Assembly (NCBI GenBank): GCA_000435475.1 | Contig: FR896039.1 | Location: 3,637 to 58,356 of the forward strand | Source of the DNA: Cryptobacterium sp. CAG:338 | Lineage (GTDB): Bacteria > Actinomycetota > Coriobacteriia > Coriobacteriales > Eggerthellaceae | Direction: 5' to 3' | DNA length: 54,720 nt | Shown here: one piece after another, positions 8,432-19,177 of the stretch | Position numbering within the stretch: position 1 is the first letter of the stretch | Layout of the letters: each line of letters starts with the position of its first letter | Made by a program: the position numbers and the translations under genes | Notes under the pieces: generated by a model | The model's input: the letters and a program-made list of their open reading frames with translations, nothing else | Databases searched by the model: none | What the model was told of the DNA's origin: nothing

Positions 8432-11233
8432 TTAGTCACCAAAATCCATTCCTCGCAGAACATCATTTGCCTGCTTCAGTACATCATCGGTATCTGATGA
8501 AGGATCTTCGTATTCACCCCCTTCAAGGGCAGCAGTTTGTCCGCTTCCTTCTAAGTGAGAACGATTCTCTACGATTGCGCAGTAGTTCCCGTCAGAATCC
8601 AGATCAATAGTCACTTTGGCGCCATCGCCAATATGACCATCGATAATTTCTGTTGCTACACGATCGGTAACTTCCCGCTGAATCAAACGACGCAGAGGGC
8701 GAGCACCGTACACGGGATCGTAGCCATCAATAGCAAGACGCTCTCGAGCAGCAGGGGTTACTACCAACTCTATGCGACGATCTGCCAAACGATCACGCAC
8801 TCCATTCAACTGCAAATCCACGATAGGCTCCATAGCAGCGATCGATAATGTATTAAAGGTAATAACTTCATCGATACGATTCAGGAATTCTGGACGGAAC
8901 GTAGTGCTAAGCGCCTCGTTGATTTTCATCTGCATTTCAGCCAGACGTTTTGCAGCCGTTGCAACATCAGCCTTCATCATGTCTTCCATCATGCTGCCCA
9001 TGGAATTGCCTTCGTTTTCGTTTGCGTATTCACGAATCGACTGCGAGCCCACATTAGAAGTCATGATAATAATGGCATTCTTGAAGCTAACAACACGGCC
9101 TTGTCCGTCAGTCAGACGACCATCGTCAAGAACCTGCAGCAAAATGTTGAACACATCCTGATGGGCCTTTTCAATCTCGTCCAACAAAACGACGCAATAA
9201 GGTCGACGGCGAACTGCTTCGGTCAATTGTCCACCTTCGTCGTAACCAACGTATCCCGGAGGTGCACCAACCAGACGTGAAACCGAATGCTTTTCCATGT
9301 ACTCTGACATGTCGATACGAACCATGGCCTTTTCGCTATCGAAAAGATACTCCGCAAGCGCTTTTGCCAGCTCCGTCTTACCAACACCTGTTGGACCTAG
9401 GAACAGGAAACTTCCGATAGGACGATTTGGATCCGAAAGCCCTGCACGGTTACGACGGATAGCACCAGCCACTGCAGAAACCGCCTGATCCTGACCAATT
9501 ACACGCTCATGGAGCTTTGATTCCAGATCGGCAAGTTTTGCCATTTCGCCCTGCATCATCTTGGTGACAGGAATACCCGTCCATGCAGAAACTACTTCCG
9601 CAATTTCCTCTTCGCCTACTTCCTCTTTCAGAATCGCGCCATCCTGCTGACGATTCTCCAACATGGCTTCAGCGTCTGCCAATTGAGCCTGCAAGGAAGG
9701 AATAGTGCCGTAGCGCAGCTCAGAAGCACGTGCTAAGTCGCCTTCTCGAGTTGCACGCTCTTCGTCCAATTGGGCTGCTTCAATATCCGCCTTTAAGTTT
9801 TGGACGCCAACGATGACATCTTTTTCGTTCTTCCACATAGCTTTCTGCTTATCAAGGGCTTCCTGAGCAGCAGAAATTTCCTTGCGAAGAGCCTCGAGGC
9901 GCTCACGGCTCGGTTCGTCTGTCTCCTTCATAAGCGCCTGCTCTTCGATCTGCATCTGAGTAAGCTTGCGCTCAGCTATGTCGACCTCTTCAGGCATACT
10001 GTCAATTTCGATACGCAAACGACTTGCTGCTTCATCCATCAGGTCGATTGCCTTGTCAGGCAAAAAACGATCAGAAATATAACGATTCGAAAGCTCTGCT
10101 GCTGCAACCAACGCCGAATCCTTGATACGAACGCCATGGTGAATCTCGTACTTTTCCTTCAAGCCACGCAGAATCGCAATGGTGTCCTCAACCGTTGGCT
10201 CACTTACTAAAACGGGCTGGAAACGACGCTCAAGAGCAGCATCTTTTTCGATGTATTTGCGGTATTCATCCAGCGTTGTTGCGCCAATTGCGTGCAATTC
10301 ACCACGAGCCAAAGCTGGCTTCAGCATATTGCCTGCGTCCATTGAACTATCGCCTGTCGAACCCGCTCCCACGATGGTATGCAACTCATCGATGAACAAA
10401 ATAATTTGTCCATCGGACTGCTTAACTTCACGCAATACAGCCTTCAGTCGATCTTCGAATTCGCCTCGATACTTAGCACCTGCCAACATTGCAGGTAAAT
10501 CAAGAGCGATCAGCTCGCGATCCTTTAAGCTCGAAGGAACATCTCCTGCAACAATTCGCTGGGCAAGGCCTTCAACAATTGCCGTTTTACCTGTACCAGG
10601 CTCGCCGATAAGTACTGGGTTATTCTTGGTACGGCGAGACAAAACCTGGACGGTACGACGAATCTCTTCTGAACGACCAATTACTGGGTCTAACTTTCCT
10701 TCACGTGCTGCCTGAGTAAGATTGTTGCCGTACTGTTCAAGCACCTCAAACTCTGGCTTGCTTGTTGCATCGGTTACGCGCGTATCTCCGCGAAGTTCCT
10801 CATAGGCCTCTTCGATATTTTTACGTGTAATACCTTGGTCGTTAAGAATACGACCCGCACTACCCTTATCTTCAGCAAGCGCAATAAGCAAATGCTCGGT
10901 TGTCGCATAAGAGTCACCTAATTTTTCAGCGATCTTTACTGCCTTATCAATAAGTGACACAAATTGCGGAGAAGGAGCAGTAATGCCCATGCCCATAAAA
11001 CCGTTGCCACTTACTTTTGGCATGCGATCTTCTTCTTCTTTTACCCGCGCCTGAAGTACTGCAGGATCAGCACCAATGCGCGTAATAATTGCATTCATGT
11101 TATGCTCACCAGCAGACAAGATGGCGTCAAGCAAATGAATTGGCTCAACGGCACTGGCTTCTCTCTCGCCTGCAATACTCATTGCCGACTGAAAAGCCTC
11201 TTGCGCGGTAAGCGCCAACTTATCTAGTCTCAT
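8432..11233 (-). CDS. clpB: ATP-dependent disaggregase ClpB
   Basis: Clp N-domain, two AAA+ modules ([16 protein letters not shown]), coiled-coil M-domain, GAPPGYVGY. Confidence 0.98.
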   Translation of the reverse strand: MRLDKLALTAQEAFQSAMSIAGEREASAVEPIHLLDAILSAGEHNMNAIITRIGADPAVLQARVKEEEDRMPKVSGNGFMGMGITAPSPQFVSLIDKAVKIAEKLGDSYATTEHLLIALAEDKGSAGRILNDQGITRKNIEEAYEELRGDTRVTDATSKPEFEVLEQYGNNLTQAAREGKLDPVIGRSEEIRRTVQVLSRRTKNNPVLIGEPGTGKTAIVEGLAQRIVAGDVPSSLKDRELIALDLPAMLAGAKYRGEFEDRLKAVLREVKQSDGQIILFIDELHTIVGAGSTGDSSMDAGNMLKPALARGELHAIGATTLDEYRKYIEKDAALERRFQPVLVSEPTVEDTIAILRGLKEKYEIHHGVRIKDSALVAAAELSNRYISDRFLPDKAIDLMDEAASRLRIEIDSMPEEVDIAERKLTQMQIEEQALMKETDEPSRERLEALRKEISAAQEALDKQKAMWKNEKDVIVGVQNLKADIEAAQLDEERATREGDLARASELRYGTIPSLQAQLADAEAMLENRQQDGAILKEEVGEEEIAEVVSAWTGIPVTKMMQGEMAKLADLESKLHERVIGQDQAVSAVAGAIRRNRAGLSDPNRPIGSFLFLGPTGVGKTELAKALAEYLFDSEKAMVRIDMSEYMEKHSVSRLVGAPPGYVGYDEGGQLTEAVRRRPYCVVLLDEIEKAHQDVFNILLQVLDDGRLTDGQGRVVSFKNAIIIMTSNVGSQSIREYANENEGNSMGSMMEDMMKADVATAAKRLAEMQMKINEALSTTFRPEFLNRIDEVITFNTLSIAAMEPIVDLQLNGVRDRLADRRIELVVTPAARERLAIDGYDPVYGARPLRRLIQREVTDRVATEIIDGHIGDGAKVTIDLDSDGNYCAIVENRSHLEGSGQTAALEGGEYEDPSSDTDDVLKQANDVLRGMDFGD

Positions 11234-11292
11234 CTATACTCCCTTCGCTTTTGCCGTTTGCAAAAGTTCAAGTAATTCCCTTAGCAATTCCC

Positions 11293-11673
11293 CTACAAAA
11301 GACGACGCAAAACGATTGCATTGCTTTCGTTAACGAGAGAATTAACGCTCTCTCGCGTTTCTAATTCATGTACCCTATCTGCCAGACGACGCACTCGTTT
11401 ATGAAGCGCATCAAGCTCTTCATCACGCTCATCAAGACGGCCCTTCAAATCCAGGATGCGAATTACCCCCGCCAGATTAATACCTTCATCAGTCAAGGCA
11501 TTGATGAGCTGAAGGCGCTCGATATCTGCCTGCGAATACATACGCGTATTTCCGCTGGTACGCTGCGGGGAAACCAAGCCTTTCTGCTCGTAAATACGCA
11601 GGGTCTGGGGATGGACTCCCGCAAGTTCTGCTGCAACACTGATCATGTACAGCGGTCTGTTTTTGTCCTCCAT
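11293..11673 (-). CDS. hspR: MerR-family heat-shock repressor HspR
   Basis: YMISVAAELAGVHPQTLRIYE...GINLAGV; ATG overlaps the dnaJ stop (TAATG). Confidence 0.95.
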   Translation of the reverse strand: MEDKNRPLYMISVAAELAGVHPQTLRIYEQKGLVSPQRTSGNTRMYSQADIERLQLINALTDEGINLAGVIRILDLKGRLDERDEELDALHKRVRRLADRVHELETRESVNSLVNESNAIVLRRLL

Positions 11674-12626
11674 TACCAAGCCCTCACTTTATCTGTCGTT
11701 GCTGCCTGGAATGCCTCCAAGGCCTCTTTTTGTTTTTCATTTAAGGTTTGAGGAACTTCCACCGCAATATTGAGTAGCAAATCTCCAAACCCACTCGCGT
11801 CCTTACCTAAACGAGGAGCACCCTTACCTTTTACCTTAAGGACCGTACCGCTTTGACATCCAGCAGGAACCTTAATGCTTACCTTCGTACCATCAGGAGC
11901 GGGTACAACTACCTTAGTTCCCAATGCTGCTTCCGCAAAAGTTATAGGCACCTTCATCAAAACGTCTGCTTTTTCACGGGTATAGAGCGGATGATCGGCA
12001 ATATGAATAGTTACCAACAGATCGCCCGCAGCGCCTCCCTGTACACCAGGAGCGCCCTTACCCCGCAAACGTACACGGCCTCCTTCTACTGCACCAGCAG
12101 GAATCTTGATAGTAAGCGTCTCTTTTTCAGTGCTTCCCGCTTTACCAATACGGACCTTTTTCTCACAGCCTTTGAATGCTTCCTCGAAAGAAACAGTCAT
12201 ATTTACTTTTTTGTCCGCACCTTTTTGGGGACGTGGCTGAGCCTGGTAAGCATGAGGTTTGCCACCGAAATTCCATTCAGTACCAAATGCTCCTTCGCCA
12301 TTACGGATGCTCTCCAAAATGTCCGCCCAGCTACCGAAGCCAGCAAAGCCAGAACCTCCAAAAGGATTTCCTCCTTGGCCCTGCCAACCGCCTCCACCAA
12401 AAGGAATTTGATGTTCATTGGCGGTGCCGTACTGATCGTACAGCTTGCGTTTTTTATCATCGGAAAGAACTTCGTAAGCTTCGTTTATTTCCTTAAACTT
12501 AGCTTCGTCGCCGCCTGCATCGGGATGATACTTGCGTGCCAATTTACGAAATGCTTTCTTAATTGTGTCTGCGTCTGCGTCGCGTGGAACGCCTAGCGTC
12601 TTGTAGTAGTCAGGAGTTTGAGCCAT
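11673..12626 (-). CDS. dnaJ: DnaJ co-chaperone, class B (no Zn finger)
   Basis: J-domain with HPD, G/F region, C-terminal domains, no CxxCxGxG repeats; SD GAGAGGTG before ATG 12626. Confidence 0.93.
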   Translation of the reverse strand: MAQTPDYYKTLGVPRDADADTIKKAFRKLARKYHPDAGGDEAKFKEINEAYEVLSDDKKRKLYDQYGTANEHQIPFGGGGWQGQGGNPFGGSGFAGFGSWADILESIRNGEGAFGTEWNFGGKPHAYQAQPRPQKGADKKVNMTVSFEEAFKGCEKKVRIGKAGSTEKETLTIKIPAGAVEGGRVRLRGKGAPGVQGGAAGDLLVTIHIADHPLYTREKADVLMKVPITFAEAALGTKVVVPAPDGTKVSIKVPAGCQSGTVLKVKGKGAPRLGKDASGFGDLLLNIAVEVPQTLNEKQKEALEAFQAATTDKVRAW

Positions 12627-12654
12627 TCGTCCCACCTCTCATTATCTCTACAAC

Positions 12655-12683
12655 AAGGGCGGACCATATACTCGCCCGCCCTT
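12655..12683 (-). terminator. grpE-dnaJ intergenic hairpin (attenuator or mRNA stabiliser)
   Basis: AAGGGCGG...CCGCCCTT 8-bp stem with weak U tail. Confidence 0.45.
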
Positions 12684-12742
12684 ACTCTTACTTCTACTTA
12701 ATTACTTGTGGTAAGCCATCGCGTGTAACCACTTCACAGGGT

Positions 12743-13381
12743 TTATTCGGAAGAAGAATCGTCAGACTCTTCTTCAACTTCCCGCTTAGGGCCACCCTGG
12801 GTAACCGTTACCATAGCGGAACGAATTACCTTGTTGCCCATGCGATAACCCTTCTGATAAACCTCTGCTACGGTTTCATCTGGAACCGAAGGGTCATCTA
12901 CGGTAGCCACTGCAAGTGCTTCAAGGGCGTTGAAAGCTTCGCCTTTAGGATCGATCATCTCAACCCCATGCTTTGTCAGTACTTCCAACATTTTGGTATG
13001 TACTGCTTGTACGCCCCCGAGCAAACCGGTTTCACCATTTTTTTCGGCATAATCAATGCTTCTCTCGAAGTCATCAATTACGGGAATAAGGCCCTCAACA
13101 AGCTTTTCTGCAGCGCGTGCTTTTTCTTCTTCGCGCTGCTCATTCATGCGACGACGATACGTATCCCATTCCGCATGAAGGCGAAGATACTTATCTTGCC
13201 AAGCTGCAGCCTCTTTCTTTGCAGCTTCGATGGGATCTTCCGCTTCGTTTTCTGAATCGTTCCCTTCAGGTGCCTGCTCTGCTGCTTGAGTATCTTCTGC
13301 TTCAGAGGCAGCAGTTTCAGCTGCCTCTGTTTCTTCTACAACCTGGTCTTCACGTACCTCGTCTTTTTCAGGCGCGGTCAT
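12743..13381 (-). CDS. grpE: Nucleotide exchange factor GrpE
   Basis: YLRLHAEWDTYRRR, LIPVIDDFER, VYQKGYRMGNKVIRSAMVTV. Confidence 0.97.
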   Translation of the reverse strand: MTAPEKDEVREDQVVEETEAAETAASEAEDTQAAEQAPEGNDSENEAEDPIEAAKKEAAAWQDKYLRLHAEWDTYRRRMNEQREEEKARAAEKLVEGLIPVIDDFERSIDYAEKNGETGLLGGVQAVHTKMLEVLTKHGVEMIDPKGEAFNALEALAVATVDDPSVPDETVAEVYQKGYRMGNKVIRSAMVTVTQGGPKREVEEESDDSSSE

Positions 13382-13383
13382 GA

Positions 13384-15306
13384 TTACTTATCCTTCTTCT
13401 CGTCGTCGTCAACTACCTCAAAGTCAGCTTCGATGGTGTCATCGTTGTTTGGCTGCTGGGCACCAGCTGCTCCCGCTGCACCAGCTGCACCAGGCTGCTG
13501 AGCTGCATTCTGGCTATAGGCAACCTCAGCCAGCTTATAGCTTGCCTGCTGCAAAGCTTCCATTGCAGACTTGATTGCTTCAAGATCAGTTCCTTCCAGT
13601 GCGGTACGCGCTTGAGCAACAGCATCTTCTGCCTGCTTCTTCGAATCTGCAGGAACCTTATCGCCAAGTTCATTTAAGGTAGTTTCGGTTGCATTGATCA
13701 AGGAGTCGCAATTGTTGCGAGTTTCAACCTCTTCCTTGCGCAGCTTATCTTCCTCTGCGTGAGCCTCAGCATCCTTTACCATACGATCAACTTCGTCGTC
13801 GGTCAGTGCAGTAGAACCAGAAATGGTGATCTGCTGCTGTTTGCCGGTGCCCAGATCCTTAGCGGAAACATTTACGATGCCGTTTGCGTCAATGTCGAAG
13901 GTAACTTCAATTTGAGGAACGCCACGACGAGCAGCAGGAATACCAGTTAACTGGAACTTACCGAGTGTCTTGTTGTCCTGTGCCATTTCACGTTCACCCT
14001 GAAGAACATGAATCTCTACCGAGGTCTGATTATCAGCTGCCGTAGAGTAGATTTCAGTCTTACGGGTAGGGATAGTGGTGTTGCGTTCGATCATCTTGGT
14101 CATTACGCCACCCATGGTTTCTACACCCAGGGAAAGAGGCGTTACGTCAAGAAGGAGAATGCCCTCAACATCGCCAGCCAAAACGCCACCCTGAACAGCA
14201 GCGCCCATAGCTACAACCTCATCAGGATTTACTGACATGTTAGGCTGCTTGCCAGTCATATTCTTAACCAATTCCTGAACTGCTGGCATACGAGTAGAAC
14301 CACCAACCAGGATAACTTCGTTAACATCACCCGTAGAAAGGCCAGCATCGCTTAATGCTTGCTGTACAGGAGCCTTACAACGATCAAGCAAATCCTTAGT
14401 AATACGCTCAAACTCAGCACGAGTTAAGGTGTAATCCAAATGGAGAGGACCCGCTGCGCCTGCAGAAATGAAAGGCAAGTTGATATTGGTTTGAGAAGTG
14501 GAAGAAAGTTCCATCTTTGCCTTTTCAGCTGCGTCCTTCAAACGCTGCAATGCCATCTTGTCCTGGCGAAGATCGATGCCATTGTCTGCCTGGAACTTAT
14601 CTGCCAACCAATCAATAACACGCTGATCCCAGTCGTCACCACCAAGGTGGTTATCGCCTGCAGTAGAGCAAACCTCAAATACGCCATCGCCCAACTCAAG
14701 AACAGAAACGTCGAAGGTACCACCACCGAGGTCGAATACCAAAACCTTTTCGTCCTTATTAGTGCGATCAAGACCATAAGCAAGTGCCGCTGCGGTAGGC
14801 TCGTTAATAATACGAAGAACCTCAAGACCAGCAATCTTGCCTGCGTCCTTGGTTGCCTGACGCTGAGCATCGTTAAAGTAGGCAGGAACGGTAATTACTG
14901 CCTGATTAATTGGTTCACCAACGCGCTTTTCAGCATCAGCCTTAAGCTTCTGAAGAACCATTGCAGAAATCTCTTCAGGCATGTAATCTTTGCCCTCGAT
15001 ATCAACAACTGCACGACCGCCGTTGCCATTCTTTACGGTATAAGCAACCGTCTTCTGCTCTTCAGCAGTTTCTGCGTAAGAACGACCAATAAAACGCTTT
15101 ACGGAAGCGATGGTGTTTTCAGGATTGGTAACTGCCTTGTTTTTAGCAGCTTTACCAACGGTGCGTTCACCATCTTTACCAAAGCCGACAACAGAAGGAG
15201 TGGTGCGATCGCCTTCTGCATTAACTAGAATTTCAGGCTCTGAACCCTCCATAACTGCCATTGCCGAATTGGTAGTACCCAAGTCGATGCCGATAATTTT
15301 TGCCAT
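13384..15306 (-). CDS. dnaK: Chaperone DnaK (Hsp70)
   Basis: [28 protein letters not shown]. Confidence 0.99.
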   Translation of the reverse strand: MAKIIGIDLGTTNSAMAVMEGSEPEILVNAEGDRTTPSVVGFGKDGERTVGKAAKNKAVTNPENTIASVKRFIGRSYAETAEEQKTVAYTVKNGNGGRAVVDIEGKDYMPEEISAMVLQKLKADAEKRVGEPINQAVITVPAYFNDAQRQATKDAGKIAGLEVLRIINEPTAAALAYGLDRTNKDEKVLVFDLGGGTFDVSVLELGDGVFEVCSTAGDNHLGGDDWDQRVIDWLADKFQADNGIDLRQDKMALQRLKDAAEKAKMELSSTSQTNINLPFISAGAAGPLHLDYTLTRAEFERITKDLLDRCKAPVQQALSDAGLSTGDVNEVILVGGSTRMPAVQELVKNMTGKQPNMSVNPDEVVAMGAAVQGGVLAGDVEGILLLDVTPLSLGVETMGGVMTKMIERNTTIPTRKTEIYSTAADNQTSVEIHVLQGEREMAQDNKTLGKFQLTGIPAARRGVPQIEVTFDIDANGIVNVSAKDLGTGKQQQITISGSTALTDDEVDRMVKDAEAHAEEDKLRKEEVETRNNCDSLINATETTLNELGDKVPADSKKQAEDAVAQARTALEGTDLEAIKSAMEALQQASYKLAEVAYSQNAAQQPGAAGAAGAAGAQQPNNDDTIEADFEVVDDDEKKDK

Positions 15307-15460
15307 CTTGACTATTCCTTTCAGTTGCGGCTGCTTTTCAGACCCCCTGCCAATCTGAAAAGCACACCCTCTGCTTTTACCCTTAATAATTCATGAACCC
15401 TCAAAGCTTTATGCTCCATATGAGGAAGCCCACCTTCTGGTGGACCTCATGACAGTGACC

Positions 15461-15489
15461 ATAATAAAATCTAAGTGAGGCATTGTCAA
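15461..15489 (-). promoter_or_regulatory. Sigma70-type promoter of the dnaK operon
   Basis: Minus strand TTGACA-17 nt-TATTAT. Confidence 0.8.
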
Positions 15490-15513
15490 GAATCTAAGTG
15501 CCCTATTGTTAGG
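15470..15513. promoter_or_regulatory. Two tandem HAIR-like HspR operators
   Basis: Minus strand CTTGACA-N7-ACTTAGA (15470-15490) and CCTAACA-N7-ACTTAGA (15493-15513) versus consensus CTTGAGT-N7-ACTCAAG; hspR is in the operon. Confidence 0.75.
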
Positions 15514-15566
15514 TTTTGTTACCTTCCTGTTGAAGATTATTGTGGTGCGATTCATGTAGGCTTATA

Positions 15567-15596
15567 AAAAGAAAAAGTCCCGCATTGAGCGGGACT
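15567..15596 (-). terminator. Intrinsic terminator downstream of the Cys4 small gene
   Basis: AGTCCCGC-5 nt-GCGGGACT followed by TTTTCTTTTT on the minus strand. Confidence 0.75.
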
Positions 15597-15679
15597 AATG
15601 AAACACATAAGGTATATGCAAGAAAAATAGGTAGGAGCGATTCTTGCAGAGTTGCGTTTCTAATAATGCGCTTGAAAAG

Positions 15680-15835
15680 CTATTTCTTTGCTACACCGCC
15701 GATGAGAGACATCTTAGTGCCACAATCAGGACAGGTTCCCTTGGTGATTACGCGACCATTCTTGGTAACGCCTTCCTGTGGGTCTACCATTTCCTTCTTA
15801 GCTTTGCATTTAACGCAATAAGCAACAACTGCCAT
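15680..15835 (-). CDS. 51-aa Cys4 zinc-ribbon protein (DUF5679-like), absent from the ORF track
   Basis: Manual translation MAVVAYCVKCKAKKEMVDPQEGVTKNGRVITKGTCPDCGTKMSLIGGVAKK; SD AAGAGG 5 nt upstream; own terminator. Confidence 0.88.
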   Translation of the reverse strand: MAVVAYCVKCKAKKEMVDPQEGVTKNGRVITKGTCPDCGTKMSLIGGVAKK

Positions 15836-15990
15836 TGTAACCTCTTTTCATATTACTTCGGTATAAAAGCCGTTAGCGCATAACGCTCGACCTATTGTAG
15901 CCATGCTTATAGCATTTGACCAGCTAAAGTCGGTAATTTTTTATGCTCTTAACAAAAAAGAAGAAACAAGCGACAGAAATTGAAAGAAAA

Positions 15991-16179
15991 CTAATCCTCG
16001 ATAATCTCTTCAATGGCACCCATTGGGCACTCTTCAACGCAATCGCCACAAGCAATGCAAGATTCTTCGTTTACTACCGTGCAAACGCCATCTACTACCT
16101 CAATGGTTCCCTGAGGACAAGCGTCAATGCAAATACCACAACCGATGCATTCGTCAGCCAAAATCACTGGATGGGACAT
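15991..16179 (-). CDS. 2[4Fe-4S] ferredoxin
   Basis: CIGCGICIDACP and CIACGDCVEECP; SD AGAGG. Confidence 0.95.
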   Translation of the reverse strand: MSHPVILADECIGCGICIDACPQGTIEVVDGVCTVVNEESCIACGDCVEECPMGAIEEIIED

Positions 16180-16444
16180 GAGTACCTCTTCTCTCGTTTG
16201 TTTGGTTTAAGGGATGCTCGGGGAATCCCCTCAATTCAAAGCTATGACGGGAAAATACCATAGCAGCGCTAAGTTGCAAGCAACTAATCTCTTTTTTTCC
16301 GTTAATAGCAAAATTTACAACGTTTTTTCGACAAATTTACTTGGTTTATCTCATATGTTTGCCGTCCACCGCATATTTGAAACAGACCGATTTAACACTC
16401 AATTCTTGAATAGCGCTTCGAATCGCTTTTCAATTGTGTCAGCA

Positions 16445-17467
16445 CTAGCAAATACGCGGAAGCTGTTCGCCAACCAACATGTCCATAATGCGAAGCGCTC
16501 CGAAACCGGTACGAATAGATACGCGCGATGAGCGATCTTCAGGTTTTTCTACCACTTCGCCAATAATGGCAGCATCGACACCATATTTATTTGAACGCAT
16601 AGCAGCAAGGGCAGCTTCGGCTTGCTCTGCCGAAACAACACAAACCATCTTTCCCTCATTTGCTACCTGATATACGTCATATCCCAGCATTTCGCAAGCG
16701 CCCCGAACTGCATCCTTAACAGGCACTGCATCTTCTTCAATGACAAAGTCAACGCCTGATTGAGCAGCAAGTTCGTTCAAGGTCGAAGCTAATCCTCCGC
16801 GCGTGGGATCGCGGAAACAGCGCGTTTCGGGAGCTGCCGCTAACACTTCTGCAATGAGATGGTTAAGAGGTGCCGCATCCGATTGAATATCTGCATTAAA
16901 AGAAAGTTCTTCACGGCATGCCATAACCGTAATGCCATGATCGCCCAAGGTACCAGATACCAAAATTTTATCGCCAGGCTTACAGAATGCACCCGAAAGC
17001 GCCACGCCTGCAGGAATAAAACCAACACCACTTGTGTTGATAAAAACGCCATCACCGTGGCCTCTATTAACTACCTTGGTATCACCCGTCACAATATGGA
17101 CGCCTGCCTCCTTGGCAACTTGTGCCATGCTGGCACAAATACGTTTCAGATCAGCAACAGGAAAACCCTCTTCTAAGATAAATCCGCAAGAAAGGTACTT
17201 CGGGACAGCGCCGCTCGTAGCAACATCATTTACTGTGCCGCATACCGCAAGTTTCCCGATATCACCACCAGGGAAAAAATGAGGAGTCACTACAAAGCTG
17301 TCCGTAGAATAGGCCAATTGCTCTCCAGCCTGAGGAGCTTCAAGACAAGCAGCATCGTTTCCTTCGAGCAGCTCGGTACTGCCGTATGCTTCATAAAACA
17401 CTTCATCGATTATGCGTTTCATCATGGTTCCGCCGCTACCATGGCCAAGCAGAACTGTTTCATCCAT
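16445..17467 (-). CDS. hypE: [NiFe]-hydrogenase maturation protein HypE
   Basis: HGSGG, STDSFVV, GDTKVV, RDPTRGG, ANEGK, C-terminal PRIC. Confidence 0.97.
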   Translation of the reverse strand: MDETVLLGHGSGGTMMKRIIDEVFYEAYGSTELLEGNDAACLEAPQAGEQLAYSTDSFVVTPHFFPGGDIGKLAVCGTVNDVATSGAVPKYLSCGFILEEGFPVADLKRICASMAQVAKEAGVHIVTGDTKVVNRGHGDGVFINTSGVGFIPAGVALSGAFCKPGDKILVSGTLGDHGITVMACREELSFNADIQSDAAPLNHLIAEVLAAAPETRCFRDPTRGGLASTLNELAAQSGVDFVIEEDAVPVKDAVRGACEMLGYDVYQVANEGKMVCVVSAEQAEAALAAMRSNKYGVDAAIIGEVVEKPEDRSSRVSIRTGFGALRIMDMLVGEQLPRIC

Positions 17468-17535
17468 AGTTGTCTCCTTGTGATATCAAGAGCACTCATA
17501 CTTTAACTTGCATTAATAGAAAGAGGTGCAGCAGA

Positions 17536-17958
17536 CTATATATATGCTCCTGTTGTGGTCATATGCAGACGTCCTGTTTTAACGCCTTTCGTACCAATAA
17601 TCAGATTGGCAATGTCCTGGACCAATCCTGTTTCTCCCTTGAGGACTATTACCTCAAGACAATTTTCTTCATCAACATGCACATGCATTGATGCCACAAT
17701 GGTTTCTAGATAATTGTGCTGAATTTGATGAAGTTTCTCCTGCAAGTCATTGGCGTGATGGCTATACACAATCGTTAGCGTTCCCATGACAATTCGTCCA
17801 GGCATAGAGCATTCGTCTTCGACTAAGGCATCGCGGACCAAATCGCGCACTACCTCACTTCGATTCTTCGCTAATCCTCGGCGAGCTACCAAATGATCAA
17901 ACTTAACGAGCAAGTCTTCAGGCATCGCCACCGAAAAACGCATGAGATCATTACTCAT
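17536..17958 (-). CDS. nikR: Nickel-responsive regulator NikR
   Basis: RHH N-terminus (RFSVAM...NRSEVVRDL) and ACT Ni-site QH...MHVHVDEENCLEVI. Confidence 0.96.
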   Translation of the reverse strand: MSNDLMRFSVAMPEDLLVKFDHLVARRGLAKNRSEVVRDLVRDALVEDECSMPGRIVMGTLTIVYSHHANDLQEKLHQIQHNYLETIVASMHVHVDEENCLEVIVLKGETGLVQDIANLIIGTKGVKTGRLHMTTTGAYI

Positions 17959-17990
17959 TTTATCCTCGTCTTCTCGAATGACAGCAATCG

Positions 17991-18245
17991 CTAAACAAGG
18001 CTTACCGTAACGCCACTTGCATTTTGGGCATCATCTTCAAGAGCGTCTTTTGCATCGTCAAGCGTTGCGCGTACCTCATCCAAGAGGGCCTGTACCTGAT
18101 GAAGTTTTTCTCCTACCGTTTCAAATCCCGCATCGGAAGCATTGTGGGCAAGCGTATGAGCCCAGCGACGCTCAAGCTTAATGTGATCGTCAATCTGATC
18201 TATCATTTGCTCAAACTGACCCGTGTTGATCCCGTTCGTGCACAT
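17991..18245 (-). CDS. 84-aa helical His/Cys-containing protein upstream of nikR
   Basis: AGGAGG SD before ATG 18245; MCTNGINTGQFEQMIDQIDDHIKLERRWAHTLAH...EKLH; amphipathic helical pattern. Confidence 0.8.
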   Translation of the reverse strand: MCTNGINTGQFEQMIDQIDDHIKLERRWAHTLAHNASDAGFETVGEKLHQVQALLDEVRATLDDAKDALEDDAQNASGVTVSLV

Positions 18246-18317
18246 AAAAAACCTCCTATAGTATTTCAACAGATGCCTGCTGATTTTGCTGTATTTGACT
18301 TATTACCTTGTCGTTTT

Positions 18318-18346
18318 TATTACTAATATTTGCTATACCTGTAATA
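18318..18346. promoter_or_regulatory. Possible NikR operator
   Basis: TATTAC-N17-GTAATA inverted repeat upstream of the nikR cluster; spacing resembles E. coli GTATGA-N16-TCATAC, but the region is AT-rich. Confidence 0.3.
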
Positions 18347-18468
18347 TCATGCTTATACCGTATCAGTGTGAAGAATTTCGTAATTGGTATTATTTTTTAT
18401 AATTTCATCTGACCTTTAGACGGTCTATTCTTTTAGGCAAATTTGCAAAGAAAGAAGGTGGCGAAACG

Positions 18469-18942
18469 ATGACCGATTCCCCTTATAGCGCTATCCGTCA
18501 CCAACAAATATCAGCTTTCCCTGGAGAATTTTCCGGAAGCGAAGAAGCTCTCTTTTGCGTGGTAAGTTCCAAACCCCTATCCTCTCAAGCCCACGATGCC
18601 CTCGTCGCATCAGCTCAGTCATTGGGCTACCATTCCCGCCAGCTTGCTTTCATCATTCTTGCAACCCAAGCAGATACTGCACCCGCACTAAGCACTCAAC
18701 CTAAAGACCTCTTTCTCGTTCTTGAAGCGGTGGATCCCTTCGCCATAGTACTAACCGATCATCATGCTGTTGAAGTTGCTTCTTCGGCTTACAATGTTCC
18801 CCTTACCTTAGAGCAGCGAGAGTTATTACTCGGACACGGATGCTGTTGTTTTGAATCCTTTGAGGAACTCTTAAAAACCACTGAAGGCAAACAGAAAGCA
18901 TGGAAGTGCTTAAAGACGTTACCTCTGCTTTCGGTTTTGTAA
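18469..18942 (+). CDS. Hypothetical protein
   Basis: 157-aa ORF with AAGGTG SD; no family recognised. Confidence 0.65.
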   Translation: MTDSPYSAIRHQQISAFPGEFSGSEEALFCVVSSKPLSSQAHDALVASAQSLGYHSRQLAFIILATQADTAPALSTQPKDLFLVLEAVDPFAIVLTDHHAVEVASSAYNVPLTLEQRELLLGHGCCCFESFEELLKTTEGKQKAWKCLKTLPLLSVL

Positions 18943-19177
18943 CCTTAATCTCTTAGAAACCATCCAACTCATCAAATCTTTGTGACATTCAAGCAGTGGC
19001 TCTTGAGAAATGGTATTCTTGCCTGAAAAGCTACATTTTCACACGAGAGTCTTTAAGCTGAGTAGTTCTCCTCTCTAGAGAAAACATCGCTACGTTTCTT
19101 TAGCAAAGGTTCTGGACGGGCGCTTGAAGTTCTCTTGCTTGCTTTGATTTGCGTTTGTTTCCTTGGAAGGTGTTTCT

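Noticed and set aside
14440..15228. 262-aa antisense ORF in dnaK, and similar ones in clpB and dnaJ
   Set aside because: Long antisense frames are a familiar by-product of codon bias in these genes; no independent evidence
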